Below are positions 48,256 to 55,844 of a stretch of 64,000 nucleotides of DNA, piece after piece; position 1 is the first letter of the stretch; each line of letters begins with the position of its first letter. The position numbers were made by a program, and so were the translations under genes. The notes under the pieces are model-generated. The model ran no database searches. It saw nothing but the letters and a program-made list of their open reading frames with translations, and was not told the DNA's origin. The DNA lies in contig OY970392.1 of NCBI GenBank assembly GCA_963720455.1, positions 1,379,745-1,443,744 on the forward strand, written 5' to 3'. This stretch comes from an uncultured Thermoleophilia bacterium. Lineage in GTDB: Bacteria > Actinomycetota > Thermoleophilia > Solirubrobacterales > 70-9.

Positions 48256-48271
48256 TCGAACACCTGTTCGC
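48256..48271. promoter_or_regulatory. SOS box (LexA operator)
   Basis: TCGAAC-ACCT-GTTCGC lies about 45 nt upstream of the lexA start. It matches the Gram-positive/actinobacterial GAAC-N4-GTTC consensus. Confidence 0.8.
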
Positions 48272-48349
48272 AGGCTACCGCCCATCGCGGATGCTTTCAA
48301 CCCACCGGCTCCCGCCCGCCGCCGAACATCTAGAATCGGCCGCCCTCGA

Positions 48350-48435
<86 letters not shown>

Positions 48436-48440
48436 TAGAG

Positions 48441-48465
48441 AAACCCCCGGTAGCAGGGGGTTTTT
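48441..48465 (+). terminator. Intrinsic terminator after the tRNA
   Basis: AAACCCCC-GGTAGCA-GGGGGTTTTT. Confidence 0.75.
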
Positions 48466-48617
48466 CTGTTTCTGGAGGAGATCTGCGGGAAATCAGGCGG
48501 CGGGCCGTGGGCCCAAACTGGGCCTAATTTTGAGCAAAGGCGAAGATCTGAAAGAGCAGCGTTAGCGCATTGGAAATCGTCTTGGGCGCCCTCCCGCACA
48601 GGTACGCTCGCACGGAG

Positions 48618-49061
48618 ATGAGCGGCTCGATCCAATCCCTGGAGAACGTGGGCATCGTCGTTGACGACCTCGCGGCGGCCAAGGCGTTCTTCGTCGAGCT
48701 CGGGCTGGAGCAGGTGGGCGAAGCAGAGGTGGCGGGTGAGTGGGTGGACCGTGTCGTGGGGCTCGAGGATGTCCGCTGCGAGCTCTCCATGCTGCAGACC
48801 CCCGACGGCCACGGGCGGTTGGAGCTGATGCGGTTCAACAGCCCGGCGGCGCGCGAGGGCGATACGAACGCACCGCCGAACACGCTGGGCATCCGCCGCA
48901 TCGCGTTCTCGGTCGACGACATCGACGCCGCTGTCGCCAGGTTGCGGGACCGGGGATTGGAGCTCCTCGGCGAGGTAGTGCGCTACGAGGACATCTACCG
49001 GCTCTGCTACGTCCGTGGCCCGGAGGGGATCATCGTGATGCTCGCCGAGCGGATCGGCTGA
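48618..49061 (+). CDS. VOC/glyoxalase-family protein
   Basis: ATG at 48618. Contains LENVGIVVDDLAAAKAFF and IRRIAFSVDDIDAAVARLRDRG, a paired beta-alpha-beta-beta-beta module pattern. Confidence 0.8.
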   Translation: MSGSIQSLENVGIVVDDLAAAKAFFVELGLEQVGEAEVAGEWVDRVVGLEDVRCELSMLQTPDGHGRLELMRFNSPAAREGDTNAPPNTLGIRRIAFSVDDIDAAVARLRDRGLELLGEVVRYEDIYRLCYVRGPEGIIVMLAERIG

Positions 49062-49148
49062 AACTTCCCAGTCGCCGGTCGCGCAGTCTCTATAGACCCG
49101 CCTGATCGCCGGGGGCTGTCCGCAAACGCCTTCGTGGCCAGCCGCATG

Positions 49149-49174
49149 GAAAGCCCCGAGATCTGGGGGCTTTC
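49149..49174 (+). terminator. Intrinsic terminator-like hairpin
   Basis: GAAAGCCCC-GAGATCT-GGGGGCTTTC followed by TGGTT. Lies downstream of the VOC gene. Confidence 0.5.
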
Positions 49175-49206
49175 TGGTTGGCGCACCCGTCTGGCAAGCT
49201 GCGGCG

Positions 49207-49455
49207 ATGGAGGGCTGGAGGATCGAGAACGACGCCGCCGCGGTGCTGGCCCTCGGGCGGGGCGCCGAAAGGCCGGTGTCGCCGACCGACGGCGAAGCGG
49301 GCCTGCGGCAGCTGCTGCGCCACGACCCCGATTCCCTCCTCCTCGTCGAGGCGGATGGGGCAGTCGTCGGGTCGATGATCGCCGCCTGGGACGGCTGGCG
49401 CGGCGAAGAGCGCCTGCGCGGCCTCGGGGCGATCAGGCCGAGGCGACGATGCTGA
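49207..49455 (+). pseudogene. Possible N-terminal remnant of a GNAT acetyltransferase
   Basis: An 82-aa ORF. LLLVEADGAVVGSMIAAWDGWRG resembles the beta2-beta4 region of GNATs. The acetyl-CoA-binding half is absent, and the ORF runs into the start of the next gene. Confidence 0.3.
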
Positions 49456-50372
49456 TCTGGGCGGCAAACCGGCCGGAGCGAGATGCACTCGTCGTCCCCG
49501 ATGGGGTCGAGCTGAGGACGGTGCCGGAGCGGCTGGTCGAGCATCCGGACCTGGCGAAGGTGGAGGTCCTGGTTCCGCCCTACCGGAGCAGGCGGGTGCT
49601 GGACGCGCTGGCGGAGATGCCACGGCTGCGAGTCGTCCAGACGCTCGAGTCCGGGGTCGAGTGGCTGCTCCCCCACGTTCCCGCCGGCGTGCCGGTCTGC
49701 AACTCCCGCGGCGCCCACGACGCCGCAGTCGCGGAGTGGGTCGTCGGGGTCGTGCTGGCGATGCAGCGGAAACTGCCCGAGCACCTGCAGGCGCAGCGGC
49801 AGGCGCACTGGCGCGACGTGGTCGCCGGCGGGGAATGGCAGCCCCCCTACGCCGGCGACCTCGAAGGCGCGACGATGCTGATCGTCGGCCATGGATCGAT
49901 CGGCGCGGCCGTGGAGCAGCGCCTGCAGCCGTTCGGGGTCGATTTCCTGCGCGTGGCTCGCCGCGCACGAGAGGGAGTGCACCCGGTCGCCGCCCTGCCG
50001 GAGCTCGTCCCGGCAGCCGACGTCGTCGTCGTGCTCGCCCCGCTCACGGCGGAGACCGAAGGCATGATCGGAGCCGATCTGTTGGGGGCGATGCGCCCCG
50101 GTGCTCTCCTCGTCAACGCGGGTCGTGGTGCTCTCCTCGACCAGGGCGCCCTCACCGACGCCCTCTACGAGGGCCGGCTTCGGGCCGCCCTCGACGTCAC
50201 CGACCCCGAGCCGCTACCGGAGGACGACCGCCTCTGGGCGGCGCCCAACCTCCTCCTCACCCCGCACATGGCCGGCGACACCCCGCGCCGCTACCGGCGC
50301 TCCTGGCAGCTGGTCGGCGCGCAGGTCGCACGCCTGCTCACCGGACGGCCGCTGATCAACGTCGTCCGTTAA
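49449..50372 (+). CDS. D-isomer-specific 2-hydroxyacid dehydrogenase family protein
   Basis: ATG at 49449. The NAD-binding loop is MLIVGHGSIGAAV. Also LLVNAGRGALLDQGAL and the catalytic-His region LLLTPHMAG. Confidence 0.85.
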   Translation: MLIWAANRPERDALVVPDGVELRTVPERLVEHPDLAKVEVLVPPYRSRRVLDALAEMPRLRVVQTLESGVEWLLPHVPAGVPVCNSRGAHDAAVAEWVVGVVLAMQRKLPEHLQAQRQAHWRDVVAGGEWQPPYAGDLEGATMLIVGHGSIGAAVEQRLQPFGVDFLRVARRAREGVHPVAALPELVPAADVVVVLAPLTAETEGMIGADLLGAMRPGALLVNAGRGALLDQGALTDALYEGRLRAALDVTDPEPLPEDDRLWAAPNLLLTPHMAGDTPRRYRRSWQLVGAQVARLLTGRPLINVVR

Positions 50373-50395
50373 GCCTTCGTCACAGCGCGCGCAGC

Positions 50396-50998
50396 TCAGG
50401 GCGAGAGCAGGATCTCGCTCCACGCAGCCCCGTCGCGCTCGAACAGGCGCCGCTCGTGGATGCGATCTGGGGATTCGCTCCAGAGCTCGATCGCGTCCGG
50501 GTGCACGCGCAGGGCGCCCCAGTCCTCGGGGCAGCTCGGCGCCGTCTCCTGAACCCGGGCCAGGTGGCCGAGGCGGCCGCGCAGGCGATCGAGGCCCTCG
50601 ATCGGCTCGCCCTGGCGCGAGACGACGGTCTGCAGCTGGTGGACGAGGTCGCGCTCGTCGAAGAGCTCCTCGGCCAGGGCGCGCTCGGCGAAGGTCGCTT
50701 CGCCGACGATGTGCACCTGCCGCCCCAGTGCCGGCCAGTGGAAGAGCAGGGCAACGCGCGGGTTGGACTCGATCTCCCGCGCCTTGCGCGTCCACAGCGC
50801 CGAGGTGAAGACGAGGGCCTCCTCCTCGAGCCGCTTCAACGTCACCGTACGCGCCGAGGGCCGGCCGCCCTCCCCCACGGTTACGAAGGCGACCGAAGCC
50901 GGGTGCGGGGCCCCCTGCTCCCGTGCCTCCTCGATCCAGCGGCCGAGCTCGCGGATCGGGTGGTCTTCGGGCACGAGGCTGAGAATAGTTCTGCGCAC
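50396..50998 (-). CDS. pdxH: Pyridoxamine 5-prime-phosphate oxidase
   Basis: GTG start. Contains RTVTLKRLEEEALVFTS, NPRVALLFHW and the C-terminal WGALRVHPDAIELW...RIHERRLF. Confidence 0.8.
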   Translation of the reverse strand: MRRTILSLVPEDHPIRELGRWIEEAREQGAPHPASVAFVTVGEGGRPSARTVTLKRLEEEALVFTSALWTRKAREIESNPRVALLFHWPALGRQVHIVGEATFAERALAEELFDERDLVHQLQTVVSRQGEPIEGLDRLRGRLGHLARVQETAPSCPEDWGALRVHPDAIELWSESPDRIHERRLFERDGAAWSEILLSP

Positions 50999-51066
50999 GG
51001 CGAGATGCGGGGTACGCTCTTACGGAGCGAGCCGAGTGGGATCGGCCCAACCGAGGAGGAGGTCAG

Positions 51067-52641
51067 ATGTACGACTACGTGATCGTCGGGGCGGGCTCCG
51101 CCGGATGCGTGCTGGCGGCGCGCCTCTCCGAGGACCCGGACGTCAGTGTGCTGCTGCTCGAGGCGGGGCCACCGGACACGGCCGAGAACCTCCACGTCCC
51201 GCTCGGCTACCTGAAGCTGGCGCGGACCGAGGTCGACTGGGACTACGCGACGGCGCCGGAGCCCAACTGCAACGACCGCCGCATCTCCCTCCCCCGCGGC
51301 AAGGTCCTCGGCGGCTCCTCGTCGGTCAACGCGATGGTCTACATCCGTGGCAACCGCCTCGACTACGACGACTGGGGCGTGCCGGGCTGGGGCTGGGACG
51401 ACCTCTTCCCCTACTTCCTCAAGGCCGAGGACAACGAGCGCGGCGCCTCGGAGTGGCACGCGATCGGGGGGCCGCTGGCGGTCTCCGACCAGCGCTCCGG
51501 CAACGTCATCACCCCCGCCTTCGTCGAGGCCGGCACCGAAGCCGGGCTGGCCCGCAACGAGGACTTCAACGGAGCCGAGCAGGACGGCGTCGGCATGTAC
51601 CAGGTGACGCAGCGGGGCGGGATGCGCGCCAGCGCCGCCGTCGCCTACCTGCACCCGGCGCTGGAGCGGCCGAACCTGACGGTGATGCCCTACATGCACG
51701 TGAACCGGGTGCTCTTCGAGGGCATCCGCGCGGTCGGGGTCGAGGCGACCCAGCTCGGCCAGGCGCAGGAGCTGCGGGCCGAGCGCGAGGTGATCCTCTG
51801 CGGCGGCGCCTTCAACTCACCGCAGCTGCTGATGCTCTCCGGCGTCGGCCCGGCCGAGCACCTGACGATGAAGGAGGTCGAGGTGCTGCTCGACCAGCCG
51901 GCCGTCGGCGCCAACCTCAGCGACCACGCCGCCACCTACAACGTCTGGACCACGCCGGAGCCCCAGAGCCTGCTGCTGGCACTGGAGCCGGCGGCGCTGG
52001 AGGAGTTCACCGCCTCCCAGACCGGCCCCTTCGCCTCCAATCTGGCCGAGTCGGGCGGCTTCGCCCGGGTCGGGGACGGCGCCCCGGCGCCGGACGTCCA
52101 GATCCATGTCGCCCCGGTGCAGATCGTCGACGAGGGCATGGGCGACCCGACCGCCCACGGCGTCTGGGTCTCCCCCTGCCTGCTCACCCCCGGCAGCCGC
52201 GGCTCGGTCCGGCTCGCCTCCGACGACCCGACCGCGAAGCCCATCGTCCGCAACGACTTCTACGCCGCCGCCGAGGACCTGCCGCGGATGGTCGCGGCGG
52301 TGCGGCTGATGGAAGAGATCTGCGCCCAGCCGGCGATGCAGCCCTACTGCGCCGAGCGCTTCACCGTCCCGGCCGGTGAGACGGACGACGACCTGCGCGC
52401 GCACATCGCCCGCACCACCTTCCCGATCTACCACCCGGTCGGCACCTGCGCGATCGGCTCGGTCGTCGACGCCGACCTGCGCGTGCAGGGCCTGGAGGGC
52501 ATCCGCGTCGTCGACGCCTCGGTAATGCCGACCGTGCCCCGCGGCAACACCAACGCGCCGACGATCGCGATCGCCGAGCGCGCCGCCGACCTGGTCAAGG
52601 GCGCGGCCCCGCTCGGCGCCGGCGCGGCCGAAGCCGTCTGA
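51067..52641 (+). CDS. GMC-family FAD oxidoreductase (choline-dehydrogenase-like)
   Basis: Contains YDYVIVGAGSAGCVLAARLSED, GKVLGGSSSVNAM and HPVGTCAIG...LRVVDASVMP. Confidence 0.9.
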   Translation: MYDYVIVGAGSAGCVLAARLSEDPDVSVLLLEAGPPDTAENLHVPLGYLKLARTEVDWDYATAPEPNCNDRRISLPRGKVLGGSSSVNAMVYIRGNRLDYDDWGVPGWGWDDLFPYFLKAEDNERGASEWHAIGGPLAVSDQRSGNVITPAFVEAGTEAGLARNEDFNGAEQDGVGMYQVTQRGGMRASAAVAYLHPALERPNLTVMPYMHVNRVLFEGIRAVGVEATQLGQAQELRAEREVILCGGAFNSPQLLMLSGVGPAEHLTMKEVEVLLDQPAVGANLSDHAATYNVWTTPEPQSLLLALEPAALEEFTASQTGPFASNLAESGGFARVGDGAPAPDVQIHVAPVQIVDEGMGDPTAHGVWVSPCLLTPGSRGSVRLASDDPTAKPIVRNDFYAAAEDLPRMVAAVRLMEEICAQPAMQPYCAERFTVPAGETDDDLRAHIARTTFPIYHPVGTCAIGSVVDADLRVQGLEGIRVVDASVMPTVPRGNTNAPTIAIAERAADLVKGAAPLGAGAAEAV

Positions 52642-53064
52642 CTAGCCCTCCGGCAGGATCCTTGCCTCAACCCCACAGGCGGCGTAGGTGCGTTCCGCGC
52701 GGCGGTCGAAGCTGACCAAGGTCACGTTGGCATCGCGGGCGGCAAGCGCTATCAGCGTGTCGTAGACGACCCCACCCGCTCGGTTGTGCGCGCCGAGCAG
52801 ATCGAGCGCCTCGCGATAGTTCCCAGCCCGGAGCTGAATCGGATCCGAGCGCTCGACGAACTGGTTGATGTACGCGGTTACCGCTTGCGGCTCGAACCGG
52901 AATGGGCCACTGGGAGAGCTCAAGACTGCGAAGGCCTCCGCCATCGTGTGCGTGACCAGGCGCCCGCTTGCCTTGACGTCGACGAGGACCGGAACTGCCT
53001 CAGCGTGGAAGGGGTGGTCGGGGTCGAACCCGGCCACCAGCACCGTGGTATCCGGTGCGATCAT
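52642..53064 (-). CDS. vapC: PIN-domain toxin (VapC-like)
   Basis: 140 aa. Starts with the acidic residue pattern (MIAPDTTVLV...), has D...D later (VVYDTLIALAARD), and overlaps the upstream antitoxin gene by 4 nt. Confidence 0.8.
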   Translation of the reverse strand: MIAPDTTVLVAGFDPDHPFHAEAVPVLVDVKASGRLVTHTMAEAFAVLSSPSGPFRFEPQAVTAYINQFVERSDPIQLRAGNYREALDLLGAHNRAGGVVYDTLIALAARDANVTLVSFDRRAERTYAACGVEARILPEG

Positions 53065-53303
53065 TGCCGCCGAACTCGTTCCAGCTCTTCGCGGACTTCC
53101 TCCGGCCCCAACCCGACGCCGACGTCGGAGACCAGCAGGCCACCGGGCGCTTCGCGCAGGCTGACCTTCCGAGGAGCGGGAACGAGCTCGATCCGCTCCC
53201 CCTGGAGCGTGATCTCGACCTCGTCGCCGCCCTTGAGTCCGAGCGCCGCCCGCAGGCTCTTCGGCACGACAATTCTTCCGGCAGAATCGATGGTGGTTTT
53301 CAT
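53061..53303 (-). CDS. vapB: AbrB/SpoVT-fold antitoxin (VapB-like)
   Basis: The start is MKTTIDSAGRIVVPKSLRAALGLKGGDEVEI. ATG at 53301-53303. Confidence 0.75.
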   Translation of the reverse strand: MKTTIDSAGRIVVPKSLRAALGLKGGDEVEITLQGERIELVPAPRKVSLREAPGGLLVSDVGVGLGPEEVREELERVRRQ

Positions 53304-53418
53304 GCCATCCAATATACCGGAAAAGGTGGAGGGAATCGCGAGCGTCGGCATATGCGCGTCCTAAGGGCGCGGGCGGGCGAAACTCTCCCCCTGAGAGGAA
53401 ACGAGGGTGTGTTTGGAG

Positions 53419-54027
53419 CTAACCGGCGACGCCGAGCGCCCGGTCGATGAAGGGGCCGAGCAGGTCGGCAACCGCGGTGGCGGTCGTGTCCGGCGACTCG
53501 GCCGGCGCGGTGATGTAGCTGATCGCGAGGCGGACAAGCGATTCGGAGAGCAGGAGGACGTCGGCCTGGGGGGCCTGCGGCCAGCCCTCCTCGATCGTCG
53601 TCGCCAGCCGGGCGGTGGCCCACTGGACCACCGGCATTCCCTGGGTGGTGACGAAGGGCAGCATGCCGCCGGTGCCGTCGTCGCTGAGCAGGATGCGGAT
53701 CAGCGGGTCCTCGCCGGCGGTGCGCAGGAACAGCTCCAGGGCGGCGCCGATCGCGGCGCGGGGATCGTCGCGGTGCTCCAGGACGGCCGCGTCGACGTCG
53801 TCGAGGAAGCGCTCACCCTCGTGGATCACGAAGGCGAGCCCGAACTCGTTGCGGTTGCCGAACTCCTTGTAGAGGGTCTGGCGGCTGACGCCGGCGGCGG
53901 CGGCGATGTCGGACATCGTGATCTCCGACCACGCTCGCCGCTCCAGCTCGTCGCGCGCCGCCCCGAACAGGGTCTGGCGCAGCAGCTCGCGTGCGGCCTC
54001 CGGATAGGGGGTTCGGGCGCCTGCCAT
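53419..54027 (-). CDS. TetR-family regulator (alkane-hydroxylase-cluster regulator type)
   Basis: The HTH is ITMSDIAAAAGVSRQTLYKEFGNRNEF. ATG at 54027 has a GGGGGG RBS-like run upstream (alternative ATG at 54039). Lies immediately downstream of alkB-rubredoxin. Confidence 0.85.
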   Translation of the reverse strand: MAGARTPYPEAARELLRQTLFGAARDELERRAWSEITMSDIAAAAGVSRQTLYKEFGNRNEFGLAFVIHEGERFLDDVDAAVLEHRDDPRAAIGAALELFLRTAGEDPLIRILLSDDGTGGMLPFVTTQGMPVVQWATARLATTIEEGWPQAPQADVLLLSESLVRLAISYITAPAESPDTTATAVADLLGPFIDRALGVAG

Positions 54028-54056
54028 GGTCCCCCCCATCGTCGCAGCGGGAACGG

Positions 54057-54230
54057 TCACGCCGCGTCGTCGTCCGGCTCGAAATCGACCTTGTCGCGGA
54101 CGCCGCAGTCGGGACAGGCCCACTCGTCGGGCACCTCGCTCCACGGCGTCCCGGGCGGAAAGCCCTCGCGCGGGTGGCCGGCCTCCTCGTCGTAGACATA
54201 GCCGCAGCTGGGACAGCGCCAGCGGCTCAC
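54057..54230 (-). CDS. rubA: Rubredoxin
   Basis: WRCPSCGYVYDEEAGHPREGFPPGTPWSEVPDEWACPDCG is present. The GTG start overlaps the alkB stop (GTGA). Confidence 0.9.
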   Translation of the reverse strand: MSRWRCPSCGYVYDEEAGHPREGFPPGTPWSEVPDEWACPDCGVRDKVDFEPDDDAA

Positions 54231-55432
54231 GAGGCAGCCTCCGGGCCGGCTCCGTAGCGGGCGAGGATCTTCGCGCGCCTGCGGGGCTGGATGTTGGCCC
54301 GGGTCACGTCGCCCTCGAAATGCTCGAGCAGGCGCGGGTCCATCACCCGCCGCCACAGCGGCGGGAACCAGGCGAGCACGATCATCCCCGCGTAGCCGGT
54401 GGGCAGCTGCGGTGCCTCTTCGACGTGACGCAGCGCCTGGTAGCGCCGGGTCGGGTTGGCGTGGTGATCGCTGTGGCGCTGTAGGTGGTAGAGCAGGACG
54501 TTGGAGGCGACGTTGTTGCTGTTCCAGCTGTGCTCGGGCAGGCAGCGCTGGTAGCGCCCGTCCTCGCGCTTCTGGCGCAGCAGGCCGTAGTGCTCGAGGT
54601 AGTTGACGACCTCGAGCAGCGAGAACCCGATCACCGCCTGGATCAGCAGGTAGGGCAGGACGACCGAGCCGAAGGCGAGCGCCAGCACCACGAAGAGGCC
54701 GACCGTCATCGCCCAGGCGCTGAGGACGTCGTTGTGGATGCTCCAGTGCGGCTTGCCGAGGCGATCGAGACGAGCAGCCTCGATCCCCCAGGCGGAGCTG
54801 AGGCTGCCCCGGACCGTGCGCGGCAGGAAGGCCCAGAAGCTCTCGCCGAGCCGCGAGCTGGCGGGATCCTCCGGGGTGGCGACGCGGACGTGGTGGCCGC
54901 GGTTGTGCTCGATGAAGAAGTGGCCGTAGCCGGTCTGGGCCAGGGCGACCCGGCTCAGCCAGCGCTCCGAGCTGGCCCGCTTGTGGCCGAGCTCGTGGGC
55001 GGTGTTGATCGCGATCCCGCCGACCACGCCCATGGTCAGCGCCAGCCCGAGGCTTTCCAGCGTCGAGAGGTCGCCGCTCGACCACAGGTAGCAGGCGAGG
55101 ACGAGGCCGCCGTACTGGATCGGGATGAAGACGTAGGTGCACCAGCGGTAGTAGCGGTCCTGCTCGAGGAACTTGAGGACGCTGTCGGGCGGGTTGGTGC
55201 TATCGAGACCGACCGCGATGTCGAGCAGCGGGAAGAGGACGAAGACGAGGGCCGGTCCGAGGAAGTAGAAGGCGCCGATCCCGGTCAGCGAGACCCAGCC
55301 CCAGGCGAGAAAAGGCGCCAGCGGGACGACGATCCCCAGCAGCCAGGCATAGCGCTTGCCGTCGCTCCAGGCCGCCGGGTTGACCTCGACGTCATGGTGG
55401 TGGTGATGCGCGGGCTCTGCGTGAGCCTCCAT
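54227..55432 (-). CDS. alkB: Alkane 1-monooxygenase (integral-membrane di-iron hydroxylase)
   Basis: His boxes HELGHK, EHNRGHH and LQRHSDHHA, plus the NYLEHYGL motif. Confidence 0.9.
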   Translation of the reverse strand: MEAHAEPAHHHHHDVEVNPAAWSDGKRYAWLLGIVVPLAPFLAWGWVSLTGIGAFYFLGPALVFVLFPLLDIAVGLDSTNPPDSVLKFLEQDRYYRWCTYVFIPIQYGGLVLACYLWSSGDLSTLESLGLALTMGVVGGIAINTAHELGHKRASSERWLSRVALAQTGYGHFFIEHNRGHHVRVATPEDPASSRLGESFWAFLPRTVRGSLSSAWGIEAARLDRLGKPHWSIHNDVLSAWAMTVGLFVVLALAFGSVVLPYLLIQAVIGFSLLEVVNYLEHYGLLRQKREDGRYQRCLPEHSWNSNNVASNVLLYHLQRHSDHHANPTRRYQALRHVEEAPQLPTGYAGMIVLAWFPPLWRRVMDPRLLEHFEGDVTRANIQPRRRAKILARYGAGPEAAS

Positions 55433-55480
55433 CTGCTCCTCCTTGTCAAATCCGTGGCCGGAGTCCGTAAGCTTTACATA

Positions 55481-55499
55481 AGTTGAGATTTTGTCAACT
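55481..55499. promoter_or_regulatory. Small palindrome upstream of alkB (candidate operator)
   Basis: AGTTGA-GATTTTG-TCAACT lies in the AT-rich stretch about 50 nt upstream of the alkB start. Confidence 0.3.
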
Positions 55500-55508
55500 A
55501 GAAATACA

Positions 55509-55609
55509 GAAGGCCAGGGTCTGTTCTGTCGCGAGACTGGAGAGGTCGATGACCAAGCGCAGCGTCATTCGGCCTCATCCGGGCCGCGACAGAACAGACC
55601 CTGGCCTTC
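55509..55609. repeat. Long-arm intergenic palindrome
   Basis: GAAGGCCAGGGTCTGTTCTGTCGCG (55509-55533) and its exact complement (55585-55609) are separated by 51 nt. The right arm ends 1 nt before the secG stop codon. Confidence 0.75.
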
Positions 55610-55610
55610 C

Positions 55611-55832
55611 CTAGATCTTCAGCAGCAGGAAGGTGTTCAGGGCCCAGGCCACGGCGATGAAAACCGTGGCGCGGGTGAGGTTGCGCTCGACCATCGAGCC
55701 GCCGCCGACCGAGCCGCCGCCGCCCACGCCGAAGGCGCCGGAGAGCCCCGCGTCTTTCCCGGAATGCAGCAGGATGAGGAAGATCAGGAGCACCGACATG
55801 ATGACCTGGAGGATGCTCAGAAGCGTGTACAT
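55611..55832 (-). CDS. secG: Preprotein translocase subunit SecG
   Basis: 73 aa with two TM segments flanking a Gly-rich loop (LLHSGKDAGLSGAFGVGGGGS). Confidence 0.8.
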   Translation of the reverse strand: MYTLLSILQVIMSVLLIFLILLHSGKDAGLSGAFGVGGGGSVGGGSMVERNLTRATVFIAVAWALNTFLLLKI

Positions 55833-55844
55833 GGTCCGCGAAGT

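Noticed and set aside
55549-55614. 21-codon ORF (MTKRSVIRPHPGRDRTDPGLP) in the loop of the 55509-55609 palindrome
   Set aside because: It has no RBS, its end is dictated by the palindrome arm, and nothing suggests a conserved peptide.
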